Assembly: GCA_043806595.1 (NCBI GenBank)
Contig: JAZDGU010000058.1
Span: forward strand, 1-21,360
Origin: Candidatus Micrarchaeota archaeon
GTDB lineage: Archaea; Micrarchaeota; Micrarchaeia; Norongarragalinales; SBBD01
Direction: 5' to 3'
DNA: 21,360 nt
Every line of letters starts with the position of its first letter. The first letter of the stretch is position 1. Made by a program: the position numbers and the translations under genes. Below, piece by piece: positions 1 through 6,891 of the stretch. Under the pieces are notes generated by a model, which saw only the letters and a list, made by a program, of their open reading frames with translations, had not been told where the DNA came from and made no database searches.

Positions 1-23
1 CATGCGTGCATTACCGGCGCAGG

Positions 24-39
24 ATATTAAACGCTTTTC
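24..39 (-). promoter_or_regulatory. BRE/TATA promoter for a divergent gene starting at or beyond the left window edge
   Basis: Minus strand reads AAAAGCGTTTTAATAT (purine-rich BRE plus TATA). Reverse ATGs lie at 10-8 and 3-1. Confidence 0.45.
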
Positions 40-59
40 CCCCGCGCTCATCGCAACCA

Positions 60-66
60 TTTTAAA
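60..66 (+). promoter_or_regulatory. TATA box of the rpl30e-nusA-rps12-rps7 operon
   Basis: TTTTAAA in an otherwise GC-rich context, about 110 nt upstream of the rpl30e ATG (174). Confidence 0.55.
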
Positions 67-173
67 CGCGGGCCTGCATAGCAATTGCGGGGAGTAAGCC
101 GCGAGGCTTGAGAACCGCTGTTTTCCCGCGGAGTCAGCATCTCCTAGCAATATCGTTCGCACGGTGTGTTCGC

Positions 174-476
174 ATGGACTTCAACAAGTCGGTGAGGATG
201 GTCGTTGACACGGGCAAGGTCGAGCTCGGCAGCGACCGGGCGGTCAAGCTCGCGCTCAACGGCACCGTCAAGCTCGTAGTGGTCGCGCGCAACATGATGA
301 GGGACACGAGGCGCGACATCGAGCACTACTGCAGGATCGCCTCCGTGCCCGTGCTCGAGTTCGAGGGCACGAGCATCGAGCTCGGCACCGTCTGCGGGAA
401 GCCCTTCCCGGTGTCCGCGCTGAGCGTCATCGACGCAGGCCACTCCGACATCCTAGAGGCGGCGAAAAGCGGTTGA
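174..476 (+). CDS. rpl30e: 50S ribosomal protein L30e (eL30)
   Basis: MDFNKSVRMVVDTGKVELGS...VKLVVVARN...EGTSIELGTVCGKPFPVSALSVIDAGHSDIL matches the L30e signature. Start set at ATG 174 (GGTG SD at 163-166). Conserved position before nusA. Confidence 0.97.
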   Translation: MDFNKSVRMVVDTGKVELGSDRAVKLALNGTVKLVVVARNMMRDTRRDIEHYCRIASVPVLEFEGTSIELGTVCGKPFPVSALSVIDAGHSDILEAAKSG

Positions 477-480
477 AAAC

Positions 481-906
481 ATGAAGCTTTCCTACGAAGA
501 GTTGCAGCTCCTCAACGCGCTGGAGCAGATGACCGGCGCCAAGGCCACGGACGTCGTCGCGACGCCCGAGTCCATGATATTCGTGGTCGAGGAGGGCGAC
601 GTCGGCAAGGCCATCGGCCGCGGGGGGAGCAACATCGCGCGGCTGCGCGAGCGCCTCGGGAAGAACGTCGAGGTCGTCGCGGGCTCTTCCGACTACCGGA
701 TGTTCTTCAACGGCCTTTTCTCGCCTGCGGTCGTAAGGCAGTACGTGGAGAGGGAAGACAACGGAGTGAAAAAGCTGGACGTGCTCGTCGACGAGTCCCA
801 GAGGGGGATTGCGATAGGGCGGAACGGCGAGAAGGTCAAGAAGGCCAAGCTGTTCGGGAAGAGGTATTTCAATTACGTGGACGTACGCATAGTCCTACGG
901 GTATAG
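481..906 (+). CDS. nusA: Archaeal NusA (two KH domains)
   Basis: Two KH GxxG motifs (GKAIGRGGSNI, GIAIGRNGEKVK), 141 aa, between rpl30e and rps12. Confidence 0.95.
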   Translation: MKLSYEELQLLNALEQMTGAKATDVVATPESMIFVVEEGDVGKAIGRGGSNIARLRERLGKNVEVVAGSSDYRMFFNGLFSPAVVRQYVEREDNGVKKLDVLVDESQRGIAIGRNGEKVKKAKLFGKRYFNYVDVRIVLRV

Positions 907-922
907 TTCCAAGGTGAGATGA

Positions 923-1351
923 GTGGCACGCGGAGAGTTCGCCGGAAGGATCCTTGAACGCAGGCGCAAGAACCTGCGCTGGCTGCGCAAGAAGTGGAAG
1001 CGCAAGGCCCTGGGATTGAAACAGAAGTTCGACCCGCTGGAGGGCGCGCCAATGGCCAAGGGCATAGTGCTCAAGAAGGAGGGCAAGGAGCAGAAGCAAC
1101 CCCACTCCGGCATCATCAAGTGCGTCAAGGTCCAGCTCATCAAGAACGGCAAGAAGGTCGGAGCGCACTGCCCGAGGGACAAGGCGATCAACTTCATCGA
1201 GGAGCACGACGAGGTGACCATCGCGGGCCTCGGCGGCTCGCAGCGCGGCCAGATGGGCAGCATCCCCGGAATCAGGTACAAGGTCGTGGCGGTCAACGGC
1301 GTCAGCCTGGACCAGCTGAGGCTGGGCAAGAAGGAGAAACCCAAGCGCTAG
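923..1351 (+). CDS. rps12: 30S ribosomal protein S12 (uS12, archaeal/S23e type)
   Basis: [50 protein letters not shown]...[11 protein letters not shown] start with GGTGA SD. Confidence 0.98.
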   Translation: MARGEFAGRILERRRKNLRWLRKKWKRKALGLKQKFDPLEGAPMAKGIVLKKEGKEQKQPHSGIIKCVKVQLIKNGKKVGAHCPRDKAINFIEEHDEVTIAGLGGSQRGQMGSIPGIRYKVVAVNGVSLDQLRLGKKEKPKR

Positions 1352-1366
1352 ATAGGTGCGTCAAAC

Positions 1367-1969
1367 ATGGAAAACAAGCTTTTCGGCAAGTACGGCTACG
1401 ACGTGGAGATTAAGGACCAGAGCCTCGGCAAGTACATAAGCCTGCGGCCGCTCGCCTACCCCCACACGTTCGGCAGGCACGGCAACACCCAGTTCGCAAA
1501 AGGCAGGGTCAACCTCGTGGAGCGGCTGGTGAACAAGCTCATGCGCGGCGGCACGGGCGAGAAGCTCGGCGGCAAGATAATCCGCACGCACGGCAAGCTG
1601 CAGGGCAAGAAGACGAAGGTCATCAAGGTCGTCGAGAGCGCCTTTGAAATAGTCATGGACCGCACCAAGCAGAACCCGGTGCAGCTGCTCGTCAAGGCCG
1701 TCGAGAACAGCGCGCCCCTCGAGGACGTCACTCGCGTGCGCTTCGGCGGCATCAGCTACCAGCTCGCCGTCGACATCTCCCCCCAGCGCCGGCTGGACGT
1801 CGCGCTCCGCAACATAGCCCTCGCGGCCATCATGAGCGCCTTCGACAAGAAGCTCAAGCTCGAGGAGGCGCTCGCGAACGAGATCGCGCTAGCGTCGAAC
1901 AACGACCCGGCGTCGTATTCCGTCAAGCGCAAGAACGAGGCCGAGCGCATGGCCCGCAGCGCACGCTAA
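1367..1969 (+). CDS. rps7: 30S ribosomal protein S7 (uS7)
   Basis: PHTFGRH, VERLVNKLMR, NPVQLLVKAVENSAPLED, AVDISPQRRLDVALRNI, C-terminal ERMARSAR. Confidence 0.98.
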   Translation: MENKLFGKYGYDVEIKDQSLGKYISLRPLAYPHTFGRHGNTQFAKGRVNLVERLVNKLMRGGTGEKLGGKIIRTHGKLQGKKTKVIKVVESAFEIVMDRTKQNPVQLLVKAVENSAPLEDVTRVRFGGISYQLAVDISPQRRLDVALRNIALAAIMSAFDKKLKLEEALANEIALASNNDPASYSVKRKNEAERMARSAR

Positions 1970-1997
1970 ACCCCTGCCCCCCCGTGCCGGCAGAAGA

Positions 1998-2004
1998 TTT
2001 ATAT
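1998..2004 (+). promoter_or_regulatory. TATA box for the SPFH-Hps-like unit
   Basis: AGAAGATTTATATG after the rps7 stop, 42 nt upstream of ATG 2046. Confidence 0.55.
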
Positions 2005-2045
2005 GCGATAGCGTGCTCCCATGCCTGCACGGGGTGGTGGGCGTG

Positions 2046-2786
2046 ATGGAGTGGGTCGTGCTGGCATTGATTTTGTTAGTCGTCTTCAGCGGCCTCAGGC
2101 AGCTGTTCGAGTACGAGCGCGGCGTCGTGTTCACTCTTGGACGGCACAAGGGCGTGCGCGACCCCGGGCTCACGTGGATCATCCCCGTCGTCCAGTCCAT
2201 GCGCGTCGTGGACATGCGCATTAAGACCGCGGACGTGCCGAGGCAGGAGGTCATGACCAAGGACAACATCCCGGTCCTCGCCAACACCGTGGTCTACTTC
2301 CGCGTCGTCCGCCCGTCCGACGCGATCATCAAGATAGAGGACTACGTGTTCGCCGTCCGCCAGTTCACGCAGGCCGCTCTGAGGGACGTCGTCGGCAACT
2401 CCGAGCTCGACTTCGTGCTGACCGAGCGCGAGAAGATTGCAGGTGACATCAAGAAGATCGTGGACGCGGAGACGTCCGCGTGGGGCGTCGACATCGAGTC
2501 CATAAAGATTCAGGAGATCGAGCTCCCCGCGGAGATGAAGCGCGCGATGGCCAAGCAGGCCGAGGCAGAGCGCGAGAAGCGAGCGGTTATTATCGCCGCC
2601 GAGGGCGAGCTCATCGCCTCCGAGAACCTGCGGAAGGCGGGCGACAACCTCGTCAAGAACCCCGCGGCCCTGCAACTCCGCGTGCTGCAGACCATTCGCG
2701 ACATCGCCCAGGACCCCAGCGAGAAGATAGTGCTGTTCATGCCCAACGACACCGGCGACGTGATAAAGAAGCTGGTCGGCAAGTGA
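2046..2786 (+). CDS. Stomatin-like SPFH/band 7 membrane protein (paralogue 1)
   Basis: N-terminal hydrophobic helix, EYERGVVFTLGR, PGLTWIIP, VDMR, QEVMTKDN, WGVDIESIKIQEIELP, AMAKQAEAEREKRA, ALQLR. Start set at ATG 2046 after a GGGGTGGTGG SD. Confidence 0.95.
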   Translation: MEWVVLALILLVVFSGLRQLFEYERGVVFTLGRHKGVRDPGLTWIIPVVQSMRVVDMRIKTADVPRQEVMTKDNIPVLANTVVYFRVVRPSDAIIKIEDYVFAVRQFTQAALRDVVGNSELDFVLTEREKIAGDIKKIVDAETSAWGVDIESIKIQEIELPAEMKRAMAKQAEAEREKRAVIIAAEGELIASENLRKAGDNLVKNPAALQLRVLQTIRDIAQDPSEKIVLFMPNDTGDVIKKLVGK

Positions 2787-2795
2787 GGCGCTGCA

Positions 2796-3569
2796 ATGCC
2801 CGAGCAAGACGACGGATATGGCGGCGAGCTTGCCGCTCTGTCCGGGCTTAGAATCGGCGGGTTGCGCCGCTTTATGGCGGCCGGCGGCCGGACTTCAAGG
2901 GACAGGCTCAAGCACAAGACGCGCTACCTCCAGATAGCGTTCAACGACGACCTCGCCTCCGCGTACCGCATCATCCCGCTCCTGCCCCGCAGCGACCGCA
3001 TCCTCGTCGAGGCCGGCACGCCTTTCGTCAAGCGCTACGGCAGCGCGGGCATACGCGCCATCTCCTCACTCTGGGAAGGCAAGATAGTCGCCGACCTGAA
3101 GACCATGGACGGCGCGGAGGACGAGGTGCGCCTCGCGGCGTCCGCCGGCGCTACCGCGGCGACTGTCCTCGGCGCCGCCGCTCCCGAGACGCTCAACCTC
3201 TTCATCGGCTCCTGCGAAACCGTGGGCATGGACTCCATGATAGACATGATAGGCGTCGAGGAGCCGCTCGCGGTCCTGCGCAAGCTCCGCCGGCCGCCGA
3301 AGGTTATAGTGCTGCACCGCGGAAGGGACGAGGAGACCACGCGCGGCAAGGCGATCAAGTACAAGCACATCTCCAAGATACGGAGCAAGTTCGACGTGCT
3401 GATTTCGGCCGCCGGCGGCGTCGACCTTCACGAGGCGAGGAGCGCGATCTTCAACGGTTCGGACATCGTCGTCGTCAACATCGTCCCCGCGGGTTCGCCG
3501 TGGACCGGAATCGGCTACGACGAGGACGTCGCAACGGTGGCAAGGCAGTTCCTCGGGACCATCGAATGA
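2796..3569 (+). CDS. 3-hexulose-6-phosphate synthase-like protein (OMPdecase/HUMPS TIM barrel)
   Basis: YLQIAF, LVEAGTPFVKRYG, VADLKTMD (DxKxxD), LHRGRDEE, AAGG. It resembles the Hps domain of methanogen Fae-Hps. Activity uncertain. Confidence 0.8.
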   Translation: MPEQDDGYGGELAALSGLRIGGLRRFMAAGGRTSRDRLKHKTRYLQIAFNDDLASAYRIIPLLPRSDRILVEAGTPFVKRYGSAGIRAISSLWEGKIVADLKTMDGAEDEVRLAASAGATAATVLGAAAPETLNLFIGSCETVGMDSMIDMIGVEEPLAVLRKLRRPPKVIVLHRGRDEETTRGKAIKYKHISKIRSKFDVLISAAGGVDLHEARSAIFNGSDIVVVNIVPAGSPWTGIGYDEDVATVARQFLGTIE

Positions 3570-3587
3570 GCCGGTTCCCCCCCCGCG

Positions 3588-4193
3588 TTATCCTCCCGCC
3601 TGCGCCCTGACGACGTACCGCCCGCGCCTCTCGATTTCCCGCACCTGCCGCAGCACCGCGTCGGCCCGCCGGCTCTTCGAACGGTAGCCGCGCAGGAACT
3701 CTCCGTATTGTTTCCCGCCGACGGACTTCCTGAACACCACGAGATCCGTCGCCTGCTCCTCGACGCTGTCGGAAAACAACGCGAGCCCGAAGTCGATGAA
3801 CACGATTCCGCCGCCCTTCTGTACCATCACGTTGGAACTCGTGAAGTCCCCGTGCACGACGCCCTGCGCGTGCATGAGCGCGAGCTCCCTGCCGCACTCC
3901 GCGAACGCCGCCTTTCCCGCGGCCGACCACTCGCTCAGAAGCCGGCCGGCAATCTTCTCCATTACCAGCTCGCTCTTCCCCAAGTCCGCGGAATACAGCA
4001 GCGGCGCCCTGACGCCCATCCTTTTCACCGCGGCCATCGTCCTCGCCTCCCTCTTCGTGCGGGCGGTGCGGATCCGCAGGTCGAGTTCCTCCTGCCGGTA
4101 CATCTTCCGCACCCTGCGCTTGAGCACCGCCTTCCTTCCGCAGTGGACGGTCTCGAAAAGCTCTGCCTCCGCGCCCTTTGCAAGGAATTTCAT
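3588..4193 (-). CDS. bud32: KEOPS complex kinase/ATPase Bud32 (stand-alone)
   Basis: KGAEA, K.R..K.YR..ELD..IR..RTKREAR, VHGDFTSSN, IDFGLA, DLVVF, IERRGRY. Confidence 0.95.
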   Translation of the reverse strand: MKFLAKGAEAELFETVHCGRKAVLKRRVRKMYRQEELDLRIRTARTKREARTMAAVKRMGVRAPLLYSADLGKSELVMEKIAGRLLSEWSAAGKAAFAECGRELALMHAQGVVHGDFTSSNVMVQKGGGIVFIDFGLALFSDSVEEQATDLVVFRKSVGGKQYGEFLRGYRSKSRRADAVLRQVREIERRGRYVVRAQAGG

Positions 4194-4202
4194 GAAAAAC
4201 CC

Positions 4203-4634
4203 TCAGATGTCCAGCAGGATCCTTATCCTCCACTTGCCGCCCTTCTCCTCGACCTGCGTCTCGTGCTTTGTCACCGCTTTCACGTGCGACCTGCCCTTTT
4301 CAACGGAATACGGCTCTCCCTCCGCTGTGAATCCGATGGAATAGCCGTCCTTCGTCCTCTCAAGTTTTCCGGCTTTCATCCTCTTGAAGAAGATTTCGCG
4401 AGCGTCGCTCTCGCTGTTCAGATCGGAGAGCACGAAGCCCGCCAAATCCTCCAATGTTTCGGCTTTTTCCCGCAATTCCACTTTCTTGGCCGCCCTGATT
4501 TTCCTCGTGTCCGCAATCACCTCGAACAGCGCGAGCGCGGCGTTCTCCAGCGCCTTTTCGAAGGACTGGCCGTATGCCTCGTACATCACGTCCGCGGTGT
4601 GGCCCATATAGCGGTATTTTCCCTTCGCCGGCAT
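4203..4634 (-). CDS. Archease (RtcB tRNA-ligase cofactor)
   Basis: YRYMGHTADV..EAYG...ENAALALF, VKAVTKH, terminal LDI. Start set at ATG 4634. Confidence 0.95.
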   Translation of the reverse strand: MPAKGKYRYMGHTADVMYEAYGQSFEKALENAALALFEVIADTRKIRAAKKVELREKAETLEDLAGFVLSDLNSESDAREIFFKRMKAGKLERTKDGYSIGFTAEGEPYSVEKGRSHVKAVTKHETQVEEKGGKWRIRILLDI

Positions 4635-4708
4635 GCAATAATCGCCATGAATGACGACAAACATGAATATAATTGCCTGCTGCCTTAGGCTTTTCAGGGT
4701 TTTTTCCG

Positions 4709-5083
4709 ATGTCCTCGAAGGGCGCGAACTGGGAACGGTCGTTGAAGAAGACGCTCGAGGCGCGCGGGTTCGTCGTAGTGCGTTCCGCGGGCAGCGGCGT
4801 CGACCACACGTCCCCCGACCTGCTGGCGCTCTCCTCCACAAGGAGGTTTGCCCTCGAGTGCAAGGCGTGGAACTCGGGCCACCTCTGGATAGAGAAGGGG
4901 CGCTTTTCACTGATGCAGGAGTTCGAGCAGAAGACCGCAATCCCGTATTACGTCGCATGGAAGGTCGCGCGCGAGGAATGGCGCTTCTTCCCGCTGTCGT
5001 CCCTCAAGGAGACCGGCAAGGCGTACACCGCCAGCGGGAAGGACCTGCACGCAGGGCTGCCGCTGGACGTTCTGTTGAGCTGA
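4709..5083 (+). CDS. hjc: Archaeal Holliday junction resolvase Hjc
   Basis: KGANWER.L...L...GF.VVRSAGSG...PDLLA...ALECK (PD-(D/E)xK), AWK....WRFF. Start set at ATG 4709. Confidence 0.93.
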   Translation: MSSKGANWERSLKKTLEARGFVVVRSAGSGVDHTSPDLLALSSTRRFALECKAWNSGHLWIEKGRFSLMQEFEQKTAIPYYVAWKVAREEWRFFPLSSLKETGKAYTASGKDLHAGLPLDVLLS

Positions 5084-5098
5084 CCGTTCCCATCCCCG

Positions 5099-5887
5099 CT
5101 AGTGGATGTAGCTGAGCGTCTCCCTGCGGATTCCGGTCTCGGGCATGGCAATCGCCTTGCCCTCCTCCTGCTTGGCCTGCGACTCGATTCGGCGCATGAC
5201 CTCCTCGGCCTTCTTCGCCTGGCCGTGCAGGGGCGAGACGTCGATCTTCTCCTTGAGCATGCGGCCGATGATCTCCAGAAGCGAGCTTGCGCCGCGGGCG
5301 TCGATGTTCTGACCGGGCGTCTCCACGAGCAGGCAGGTCCCCTTCATCTTGTACAGGCGGGACATCGCGGGCACGAGCCCGGCCATGCCGACTATGGGGA
5401 TGACCGCGTCGTTCTGCTTGGCGCCGAGCTCGATGAACTGCCTGAGGAAATCCTTGGAGGTCGCGGTGCAGAAGACGTTCGGCTTGTCGTTGCCTTTGTT
5501 GAGCGCGTAGCCGGCCATGGCGATGACCTCGGAGCCCCCGAGCTGCCGGAAGAAGCGCAGGATTTTCGCGGAGACCTCGTACTGGCCTTCGACCGTGAGG
5601 GGCTGCATGTCGCCCCGCAGTATGACGACGTCGCGGTTCTTGAACTTCTTGTAGTAGAAGCGCATGGTGAACGGCCGCAGGTTGCCCGACTTCATCGCCA
5701 CGACCTGGTTCGGCAGGTTGGGCGAATACAGCGTCGCGAAGTGCTCGGCGTGCGAGCTTTTCACGAGGTGGTCCGCTGCGAGCTTGCTGACGAAGCCTAT
5801 GCCCGGCAGGCCGATAATCAGTACCGGGTTCTTCGGCTTGATGCCCTTCTTGACGATCACGTGGGACTCAGTAAAGGTTAGTGCCAT
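5099..5887 (-). CDS. PAC2 / proteasome assembly chaperone family protein
   Basis: LIIGLPGIGFVSKLAADHL, GDMQP, GQYE, IVGMAGL, CLLVETPG, C-terminal LSYIH. Conserved position after nop10. Start set at ATG 5887. Confidence 0.92.
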   Translation of the reverse strand: MALTFTESHVIVKKGIKPKNPVLIIGLPGIGFVSKLAADHLVKSSHAEHFATLYSPNLPNQVVAMKSGNLRPFTMRFYYKKFKNRDVVILRGDMQPLTVEGQYEVSAKILRFFRQLGGSEVIAMAGYALNKGNDKPNVFCTATSKDFLRQFIELGAKQNDAVIPIVGMAGLVPAMSRLYKMKGTCLLVETPGQNIDARGASSLLEIIGRMLKEKIDVSPLHGQAKKAEEVMRRIESQAKQEEGKAIAMPETGIRRETLSYIH

Positions 5888-5967
5888 TGTAGTTGACCCC
5901 TGTAATAGCATTCCGCCGAGGGCGTTTAATAAACGTATGTTTTATCTTCGCCGTAGGCCGGGGCGGT

Positions 5968-6129
5968 TCAGGCGTTTCCGTAGAGCTCGCGCCGGCGGTA
6001 TTCCGCGTACCTGTCCTCCTTCGAATATTTCACCGGATGCGCGCTCTTCGTCGGCTTGCCGCAACCCGGGCAGGAGCCCTTCAGGGTGTATCTGCCGTCG
6101 GAAGGACATCTCTTGAGCATGCGCGTCAT
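5968..6129 (-). CDS. nop10: H/ACA RNP protein Nop10 (53 aa; missed by the ORF track)
   Basis: Manual translation: MTRMLKRCPSDGRYTLKGSCPGCGKPTKSAHPVKYSKEDRYAEYRRRELYGNA, with YTLK..CP.CG..T...HP..(F/Y)S.ED.Y..YRR. Confidence 0.95.
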   Translation of the reverse strand: MTRMLKRCPSDGRYTLKGSCPGCGKPTKSAHPVKYSKEDRYAEYRRRELYGNA

Positions 6130-6147
6130 TGGAATCGTCCTCTATTG

Positions 6148-6513
6148 CTACTTCTTCTTATTTCCGAAAATCCTGTCGTAGTGCGGGTGGTCGACAATGT
6201 ATAGGATGAATGCGATGACCTCGACTCGGTTACCCTCGAGGGTGTAGAGCATGCGCCACCGCCCGGTCAGTTCCACGCGGAATAGGTTCGATACGTTCAG
6301 TATCTTCGGAATCTGGCGCTTCGGGATGTTGTCCCCGTATTCGGGATTGGCCTTCAGCAGTTCGGCCTTCTGTTTTATTGACTTCAGGAGCCGGATTTCC
6401 TCCGAGTTGGTTTCGCCCCTCGCCGTCTGTTCCGCGGAAATCCTATTGAGCGCCTCGAATTCCTCGCGAGCCTGCCCCCTCAGGATTATGCGCACCGGCC
6501 TGGCGTCGCTCAT
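6148..6513 (-). CDS. Putative RelE/ParE-fold toxin
   Basis: 121 aa. N-terminal strand-helix, LKANPEYGDNIPK, NLFRVELTGRWRMLYTL, ILYIVDHPHYDRIFG fit the RelE topology. ATGA overlap with the upstream small wHTH gene. Confidence 0.65.
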   Translation of the reverse strand: MSDARPVRIILRGQAREEFEALNRISAEQTARGETNSEEIRLLKSIKQKAELLKANPEYGDNIPKRQIPKILNVSNLFRVELTGRWRMLYTLEGNRVEVIAFILYIVDHPHYDRIFGNKKK

Positions 6514-6785
6514 ATTTCCAGCCCATTTTCCGCAAGCGCCCGGAGTTCCGCAGGCGGGCGGTAGATCCAGACGATGCCTTTAGTGGAGACCAGGATTTTT
6601 CCGCTCTGTTGGAGGTAGTCGAGGACCTGCAGGAGCGTTCCGTGCATGATTTTTCGGGGCAGCCTGCGCTTTATTTCCGCAATCTTCAGCATTTCCCTAG
6701 CCTCCTTGAGCGTTTCTTCGACCATCAGCACCGTCTTGAGCGTCGGCGAGTGCATTATCTGGATTTGGCGGGAATTGGCCTTCAT
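6510..6785 (-). CDS. Putative winged-HTH antitoxin/regulator
   Basis: 91 aa. HSPTLKTVLMVEETLK...IAEIKRRLPRKIMHGTLLQVLDYLQQSGKILVSTKGIVWIY is three helices plus a wing. AGGTG SD at 6796-6792. Confidence 0.65.
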   Translation of the reverse strand: MKANSRQIQIMHSPTLKTVLMVEETLKEAREMLKIAEIKRRLPRKIMHGTLLQVLDYLQQSGKILVSTKGIVWIYRPPAELRALAENGLEI

Positions 6786-6808
6786 TTAAAACACCTAACA
6801 AGTTTATG

Positions 6809-6851
6809 CAATACTGATATATAAATATATCTTTTTTTAATATCTGTATTG
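6809..6851 (-). promoter_or_regulatory. AT-rich promoter with nested inverted repeats (candidate operator) for the wHTH/RelE-like pair
   Basis: Minus-strand TTTATATA (6825-6818). CAATACTGATAT (6809-6820) and ATATCTGTATTG (6840-6851) form an 11/12 inverted repeat. GATATAT-AA-ATATATC (6816-6831) is a perfect 7-bp inverted repeat. Confidence 0.65.
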
Positions 6852-6891
6852 AACTGATGCATTTCGCGGTCTGCCGCCGCTTCGCTTCGGT

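Noticed and set aside
108..173. N-terminal extension of L30e from the TTG at 108
   Set aside because: Homology begins at ATG 174, which has an SD. The extension overlaps the structured leader.
1540..1610. Insertion in uS7 (MRGGTGEKLGGKIIRTHGKLQGKK)
   Set aside because: Similar-length insertions at this position are known in other archaeal uS7 proteins (e.g. Thermococcales, from recall), so it is not novel.
3708..4688. Long antisense and alternative-frame ORFs (also 2076..2807, 5102..5881, 7683..8531, 8872..9891, 9678..10556, 12987..14360, 14600..15613)
   Set aside because: Shadow ORFs expected in high-GC DNA. They overlap genes with clear family motifs and have no motifs of their own.
4635..4958. 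Long N-terminal extension on the archease ORF (251 aa)
   Set aside because: It overlaps hjc on the other strand. Archease homology starts at ATG 4634.
5099..5116. PAC2 C-terminus LSYIH as an HbYX proteasome-gating motif
   Set aside because: Tyr is third from last, not penultimate. It resembles the ordinary ...YIG ending of this subfamily.
6097..6108. Nop10 CPSD instead of CxxC
   Set aside because: CxxD variants occur in other archaeal Nop10 proteins (e.g. Sulfolobales, from recall).
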